Shown in pieces: positions 15,029-20,000 of a stretch of 20,000 nt of DNA. The DNA is from an uncultured virus (IMG/VR IMGVR_UViG_3300045953_000067). Taxonomy: Duplodnaviria > Heunggongvirae > Uroviricota > Caudoviricetes. The notes under the pieces were generated by a model that did no database searches, was not told the DNA's origin, and saw nothing but the letters and a program-made list of their open reading frames with translations. The number at the start of each line of letters is the position of its first letter. Position 1 is the stretch's first letter. The position numbers and the translations under genes were made by a program. The stretch lies in IMG/VR virus record IMGVR_UViG_3300045953_000067. One strand, 5' to 3'.

Positions 15029-15571
15029 ATGCGCCGAGCCCTGCTGGTTGTCGCGCTGTCGCTGCTCGTGCTGGTGCCGAGCCTCAGCGCTCGAGCGGTC
15101 GTGCTCACCACGGCCCAGCGCAACGCGCTCAAGGCCGACATTCTCGCCAATTCTGACGCGCTGGCGATCTACACCGTCGGCAACCTCGAGGCCCTGGCGG
15201 CGCTCTACAACGCGAATGCCTCCCCGACGTTCACGGTGTGGAAGTCCAACGTCAGCATCAACGCGGTGGGCAAGGCGTTCAACGGCTCGGAGCTCGCCGG
15301 ACTGACGACCGCGAACCAGACTCGGTTGCAGACGATCGCGCTCTACCTGGCTGACGGGGTGAACCCGTCGATCGCCAGCAACCGCGCCTTTTTCGACGAC
15401 GTCTTCTCGGGCGCTTCCGGAGCGAATACCCGAGCGGCTCTGCTGGTGCTCTGGAAGCGGGCGGCCACGCGCCTAGAGAAGCTGTTTGCGACGGGCACGG
15501 GCTCAGACGCCTCGCCCGGGACACTGGTCATTGAGGGCTCGCTGTCCCCGGACGATCTGATCGGGCTGTAG
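15029..15571 (+). CDS. Hypothetical late protein with a signal peptide (180 aa)
   Basis: MRRALLVVALSLLVLVPSLSARA followed by LTTAQRNALKADILAN...KRAATRLEKLFATGTGS. Confidence 0.75.
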   Translation: MRRALLVVALSLLVLVPSLSARAVVLTTAQRNALKADILANSDALAIYTVGNLEALAALYNANASPTFTVWKSNVSINAVGKAFNGSELAGLTTANQTRLQTIALYLADGVNPSIASNRAFFDDVFSGASGANTRAALLVLWKRAATRLEKLFATGTGSDASPGTLVIEGSLSPDDLIGL

Positions 15572-16054
15572 ATGGCCGACTATCCTACGAAGCAGTTTTT
15601 CGGCTCGGCTGTCACGGTCATCAACACCAGCACGGATATTGCCTCGGGCAACTTCTCCGGTGCGCCGGCCTCGACGTTCTCGAACGACGACGCCACGTAT
15701 CCGACGGCGCCCTACGCCAACGCGATGGCCGAGTTCCCGGATTGGGCGGCGGCTCCCGTCGCGGGCACAGTGGTCGAGCTCTGGGGGCTGCTGAAGGACA
15801 CCGACGGGACGGACGACGACACGGACGCTCCGTCAGGTTCAGCGCCGGGTGGCGCGCGGTATTTCGGGGCGTGGGTGATTGCGGCGGCCGACGCCCTCCA
15901 GCGTCGGACGATCGTGATCTCGCTGGCTGGGATCGGCAATGGTATCGACGTCGATTTCTACATTCGGAACGGCACGGCTCAGAACATGAACAACGACGGC
16001 GGGACGGCCTGCGTCGTCAAGATCACGCCGTTCACCTACGGGATCACTGCGTAG
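15572..16054 (+). CDS. Putative virion structural beta protein (160 aa)
   Basis: Ala/Thr/Gly/Asp-rich; lies just before the LamG-like gene. Confidence 0.7.
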   Translation: MADYPTKQFFGSAVTVINTSTDIASGNFSGAPASTFSNDDATYPTAPYANAMAEFPDWAAAPVAGTVVELWGLLKDTDGTDDDTDAPSGSAPGGARYFGAWVIAAADALQRRTIVISLAGIGNGIDVDFYIRNGTAQNMNNDGGTACVVKITPFTYGITA

Positions 16055-16918
16055 ATGCCGATCATCTCGGTCCCCTTTGTGCCGCAGGTCACGCCGCTCC
16101 GTCCGGCGCTGGTGCTGCCTGGGTTAAAGGAGGAATCGGCCTGGCACGACGTCTGGGATCAGACGCGCGGGTTGCTGTTCTACTGGAACGATCCGATCGG
16201 CTCGGTGAACCAGATCCGGCCATTAACGCAACTCGCGCGGCTCGCGAGCACCGTCACGAACGGCACGCAGTTCGGTCTCGGGCTGAACTGCACAGCCAAC
16301 AACCGGGGCGCTCGCGTGGCCTCGCCTGCGTATCTCAACGGCCTGTTGCCGGTGTCCCTGATGGCGGTCTGGTGGCAGGTGGCGGCGCCGGCCAACAGTT
16401 CAGAAATCTTCTGCGTGACGTACACGAACACGGATACCACGCCGTTCATGCAATACAAGATCGGCTACACCAACACGGGCGTCTACGACGGCGGGTGGAA
16501 CGACGGCACGAACCTGCAGCACGTCACGGGCTCGGGCGCACCGGCCAACAACCGGCTGCATGTCGGCGTGTTCACCATCGTCAACGGTGCCCAGTTCCTG
16601 TACTTGGACGGGGTGCAGGCGGCGACGGATACCCGCGCGGCCAGCGCAGCGATCTCGGTGACGCCTCAGGTGGGGATCGGCTGTGCCTCGTCGGACATCA
16701 CCACGCGCAATCCCGGCTGTCATGTGCTCGAGGCGCGCGTGTATAACCGGGCGCTGACGGCCTTCGAGGCGCGGGAATACTCGCGACGGTGGGCGGAACT
16801 GGCGAACGTGCCGTTTCCAGAGCTTTCGGTCGCCTTGTCGGTCGGTGGTGGCGGCGGCGTCACATACCCGCGGCTCGAGCGCCGGCACGGGCGCGGTGTT
16901 CTGCGAGGGGCCGCGTAG
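16055..16918 (+). CDS. LamG/concanavalin-A-like lectin domain protein (287 aa)
   Basis: HVGVFT...LYLDGVQ...IG...EARVYNRALT signature. Confidence 0.8.
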   Translation: MPIISVPFVPQVTPLRPALVLPGLKEESAWHDVWDQTRGLLFYWNDPIGSVNQIRPLTQLARLASTVTNGTQFGLGLNCTANNRGARVASPAYLNGLLPVSLMAVWWQVAAPANSSEIFCVTYTNTDTTPFMQYKIGYTNTGVYDGGWNDGTNLQHVTGSGAPANNRLHVGVFTIVNGAQFLYLDGVQAATDTRAASAAISVTPQVGIGCASSDITTRNPGCHVLEARVYNRALTAFEAREYSRRWAELANVPFPELSVALSVGGGGGVTYPRLERRHGRGVLRGAA

Positions 16919-18436
16919 GTGCAGTTTCTCTCGAAGTACGGCGTCGCGCGACACATTTACGTGCCGATTGTGAAGCGGGCCGTCGTCGACTTCGCGGTCG
17001 GGGCGGACTGGACGCCGGCGGCCGGCGACGTGAAGATTTCGAAGGACGGCGCCGCCGCGGCGAACGTGACGAACCTGCCGACGGCGATCACGATGGGCAA
17101 TACGGCGATCTGGGACTTCTCCCTCACGGCTACGGAGATGGAAGCGGCGCAAGTCGTCGTGACGGTCGCGGACGCGTCGACGAAGGTCGTCGAAGATCAG
17201 TCGTTCATGATCGAGACCTACGGGAACGCGAGCGGGCAGCACGCCGTCGACCTCGACGACGGGGTCCGTGCGGGACTGACGGCGCTCCCAAACGCGGCCG
17301 CCGAAGCCACAGGCGGGCTCTACACGCGCGGGAGCGGCGCCGGGCAGATCAACCAGCCGGCGAACGGCCAGGTCGACGTCAACGTCGAGAAGTGGAACGC
17401 GACGAACGTGCCGGCTGAACACACGGCCGGCTATCCGATTGTGACGGTGAAGGACGGGACCGGCACGGGCGAGCTTGATACGGCCTCCGGCGTCGTGCTC
17501 GCGAAGGATCACACGGGGGCAAACCTCGCGACAGCCTCCGCGCTCGATGCGGTCGACAACTTCGTCGACGCGGAGATCGCCGACATTCAGGCGCGGCTCC
17601 CGGCGGCACTTGTGAGCGGGCGTATTGACGCGAGCGTCGGCGCGGTTGCGAGTGGCGCGATCACGGCGACGGCGATCGCGGCGGATGCCATCGGGGCGTC
17701 TGAACTCGCGGCGGATGCGGTGACAGAGATCCGCTCGCTCGCCTCGGGCACGTCCGACAGCGGCACGACCACGACGATGGTCGATGCGGCGCGCACGGAA
17801 GCCGACACCGACTACTGGGTCGGGCAGTACATCGTGTTTACCTCCGGCAACATCGCGGGTCAGGCGCGGCTGATTACGGCCTTCACGCCAGGCACCGACA
17901 CGATCACCTTCGCGCCGGCGACGACGCAAGCGGTGAGCACGCAGACCTATGAAATCTGGCCTGGCGGTCGGGTGGACTTGCACCAGTGGCAAGGATCGAC
18001 GCCGAACGCGCTCGCGAGCGGCCGGGTCGATGCCACGGTCGGCGCCATGCAGGCGAATGTCCTGACGGCCTCAGCGACCAACGCGGATGCCGTGAACGAG
18101 ATCCGGGACGCGATCCTCTCGGACTCGACGCCGTTCCAAGGGGCGCGCATTGATGCGACGATCAGCAGCCGGGCGACGCCGGCACAGGTGAACGCGGAGG
18201 TCCTCGACGTGCTGAACGTCGACACGTTTGCCGAGCCAGGCCAGGAAGCGCCGCCGGCGACGACGACGCTCGTGAAGAAGGTCGGCTATCTGTTCAAGTT
18301 CCTACGGAACCGTGTGACGCAGGACTCGACGACGTTGAAGGTCTACGGCGACGACGCGACCACGGTCGACCAAAAAGCAACCGTGAGCGACTCAGGCTCG
18401 GTCTATGACCGTGGCGAGATTGGCACAGGGCCATGA
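16919..18436 (+). CDS. Large Ala/Thr-rich fibre-like structural protein (505 aa)
   Basis: GAGGGG RBS, GTG start; GDVKISKDGAAAAN N-domain; internal repeat AL.SGR.DA.VGA...ADAV.EIR present twice. Confidence 0.75.
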   Translation: MQFLSKYGVARHIYVPIVKRAVVDFAVGADWTPAAGDVKISKDGAAAANVTNLPTAITMGNTAIWDFSLTATEMEAAQVVVTVADASTKVVEDQSFMIETYGNASGQHAVDLDDGVRAGLTALPNAAAEATGGLYTRGSGAGQINQPANGQVDVNVEKWNATNVPAEHTAGYPIVTVKDGTGTGELDTASGVVLAKDHTGANLATASALDAVDNFVDAEIADIQARLPAALVSGRIDASVGAVASGAITATAIAADAIGASELAADAVTEIRSLASGTSDSGTTTTMVDAARTEADTDYWVGQYIVFTSGNIAGQARLITAFTPGTDTITFAPATTQAVSTQTYEIWPGGRVDLHQWQGSTPNALASGRVDATVGAMQANVLTASATNADAVNEIRDAILSDSTPFQGARIDATISSRATPAQVNAEVLDVLNVDTFAEPGQEAPPATTTLVKKVGYLFKFLRNRVTQDSTTLKVYGDDATTVDQKATVSDSGSVYDRGEIGTGP

Positions 18437-18825
18437 ACCTGGACACGCGATCGAAGCGCGCGTCCTCGTGCGGGATCCTGCTGGCGTTCCTGCTGCATCC
18501 GGTCGCGCCGGACGGGACGATCGACGCGAACGACCGGCCGCACATTGCCTGGAGTTATTCAGGCATTTCGTCCGGGATTACCCCGGCGACCTCGATGCTC
18601 GCGGGCGGGATCGTCCGGACCCCGATCGTCACGGGCGGGATCGTCACTGGCACACCGGGGGCGGGGGGTATTGTCACGCCGCAACCGACGGCCGGCGGGA
18701 TTGTGGCGCAGATGGTCGCCGGGGGCATCGTGACGCCGACACCAGTCGCGGGCGGCATTGTGACGGGAACACCGATCGCGGGCGGCATCATTACGCCGAC
18801 GCCGACGGCGGACGGAGCCTACTGA
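18433..18825 (+). CDS. Protein with seven C-terminal [AT]GGI[VI] repeats (130 aa)
   Basis: ATGA/TGATG coupling; repeats of about 30 nt. Confidence 0.75.
   Translation: MNLDTRSKRASSCGILLAFLLHPVAPDGTIDANDRPHIAWSYSGISSGITPATSMLAGGIVRTPIVTGGIVTGTPGAGGIVTPQPTAGGIVAQMVAGGIVTPTPVAGGIVTGTPIAGGIITPTPTADGAY
18601..18807 (+). repeat. Degenerate coding tandem repeat, 7 units of 27-30 nt
   Basis: AGGIVRTPIV/TGGIVTGTPG/AGGIVTPQPT/AGGIVAQMV/AGGIVTPTPV/AGGIVTGTPI/AGGIITPTPT. Confidence 0.9.
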
Positions 18826-19235
18826 TGGCCGAAGAGACGAACTACACCGACGACGATCACTGGTTCATCGGCGAGGACAAACGACATCGGATCGGCGGCG
18901 GATCCGGGAAGCATATTCTCGTCCACCCTGGCGGGGGCGGCGCGGCGGTCGTCGACATCTCCGGATGGTTGATCCACAACGCGCAGCGGGTCAGTGTGGA
19001 CGACGCGAACGCGGTCTTCACGATCCCGACGGACGGCGGAACGATCACGATCGGCGGGGTCTACAACTCGAGCCAGGGGAGCAATACGCAGTACGTCGAA
19101 TCGTTCATGCCGGACAACCTGACGGGCCTTCATACGCCCGGGACGAAGGCGTGGGCCTTCAAGCGGATGGACGCCGACCAGGAGACGGTCTTCGCCTTCG
19201 GGACGGTCCCGTGGCGCAACGCAGCGGTGCACTGA
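18825..19235 (+). CDS. BppU-N-like beta-sandwich structural protein (136 aa)
   Basis: WFIGEDK...VDISGW...FKRMDADQETVFAFG pattern; family call tentative. Confidence 0.55.
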   Translation: MAEETNYTDDDHWFIGEDKRHRIGGGSGKHILVHPGGGGAAVVDISGWLIHNAQRVSVDDANAVFTIPTDGGTITIGGVYNSSQGSNTQYVESFMPDNLTGLHTPGTKAWAFKRMDADQETVFAFGTVPWRNAAVH

Positions 19236-19236
19236 G

Positions 19237-19560
19237 ATGCAGACGATCCAGCCAGGCGAGCGCGTTGCTGTTCCTCCCGAGGGGCTCGTCCTCCGTCTAC
19301 CGTCCGACGTCTGGTGGACACCTGTGAAGGTGAAGCCGCACGAGGCGGTCTCTGTCGGGGTCGGGGTGACGAAGCTCACGGAGACCGACAGTCGACGCCC
19401 GAACATCACGGTCACGGTGGAGCAGAGCGGGGAAGCCGGGACGCTCCTGCGCGTGCAGGGCGCACCAGGCGAGGTCGGGGGCGTGATCATCTCCTACGAA
19501 TACCCGAAGGGCTTCTGGACGATGAAGGGGTTCAAGGTGGAGATCGGCACGGATGCGTAG
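19237..19560 (+). CDS. Hypothetical beta-rich protein (107 aa), paralog of the next gene
   Basis: MQTIQPGERVAVP...LRLPSDVWWTPV. Confidence 0.65.
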   Translation: MQTIQPGERVAVPPEGLVLRLPSDVWWTPVKVKPHEAVSVGVGVTKLTETDSRRPNITVTVEQSGEAGTLLRVQGAPGEVGGVIISYEYPKGFWTMKGFKVEIGTDA

Positions 19561-19939
19561 CGTCAAGCCCGGCGAGGTCGTGACGATTCCTCTCGGCGAG
19601 CACGTCGCGACCCTGCTCTCCCTTCCGTGGGATGCCTGGTGTACGGACGTGGAACCCGTGGGGGGGATGGTCTACCTTGGGGCTTCGCCTGGGGTCTACG
19701 TGCGCCTTGTACAGCACGCTACAGCGCGACGGGCGACCGTGGTCGAGGTGATAGGCAGGGGGTCAGGCGCGGGCTCTGTGACGTTCACGCTCGTCCCGCG
19801 TACGGGACAGCCGAAGACGCAGACGTTCCTCGTCCACGTGGAAGGCGCACGCGAGGAAGCCAGCGAGGAAGCCCTCGAGGATCGGAGCGTCGCGGGCTGG
19901 CGCAAGCGGTTCGATGAACAACGCGAACAACGGGGATAG
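19553..19939 (+). CDS. Hypothetical beta-rich protein (128 aa), paralog of the previous gene
   Basis: MRSVKPGEVVTIP...LSLPWDAWCTDV; GGAG upstream. Confidence 0.65.
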   Translation: MRSVKPGEVVTIPLGEHVATLLSLPWDAWCTDVEPVGGMVYLGASPGVYVRLVQHATARRATVVEVIGRGSGAGSVTFTLVPRTGQPKTQTFLVHVEGAREEASEEALEDRSVAGWRKRFDEQREQRG

Positions 19940-19960
19940 GGGGGTGGGGTGGAGTGCCGT

Positions 19961-19997
19961 AGGTTCTTCCGGCACAACACCTTGGGCGGGTGATTCG
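19961..19997 (+). other. Candidate cos-like packaging signal
   Basis: AGGTTCTTCCGG...GGGCGGGTGATTCG resembles lambda cosQ GGGTCCTTTCCGG and cosN GGGCGGCGACCTCG, after a G-run; spacing is shorter than in lambda. Confidence 0.4.
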
Positions 19998-20000
19998 GCG

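Noticed and set aside
16400..17992. 530-aa minus-strand ORF (also 5581-6777 and 5996-6730)
   Set aside because: Off-frame or antisense shadows of well-supported genes, with no recognisable motifs.
18601..18807. CRISPR array or DGR repeat
   Set aside because: The units are in-frame degenerate coding repeats without unique spacers; no cas or reverse transcriptase gene in the window.
1..20000. Genome-wide TAG reassignment (code 15)
   Set aside because: No TAG interrupts the conserved genes, and TAGs at 3518 and 19558 are followed by implausible sequence overlapping other genes. Only local readthrough remains possible.

Overview
GC-rich temperate (lambdoid-organised) phage or prophage segment; the host cannot be determined from the sequence. 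From left to right: (1) a leftward, mostly translationally coupled operon with an Xre-HTH repressor, small proteins and a tyrosine integrase that runs off the window; (2) a genetic switch with divergent sigma70-type promoters and five TWCG-N8-CGWA operator-like sites; (3) a long rightward early/middle operon (Cro, CII-position protein, excisionase-type HTH, small membrane proteins, KGG protein, Sak4-like ATPase, NinB-like protein, replication initiator and loader, DUF1064, an inserted HNH gene, a dual-frame C5-methyltransferase with an RHH-like tail, a zinc-ribbon regulator); (4) a late block of surface/structural-like genes ending at a cos-like motif. The most unusual observations: a gene overprinted inside the repressor C-terminus, supported by its own RBS and a paralog downstream; five in-frame TAG+NTG junctions at the start of the late block, four of which could join 14537-18436 into a 1299-aa readthrough product; signal peptides on late genes; an HNH gene that captured and replaced the 3' end of its host gene; and a CTT-TGA-C +1 frameshift site. 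Family assignments come from motif recognition by eye, not database searches.
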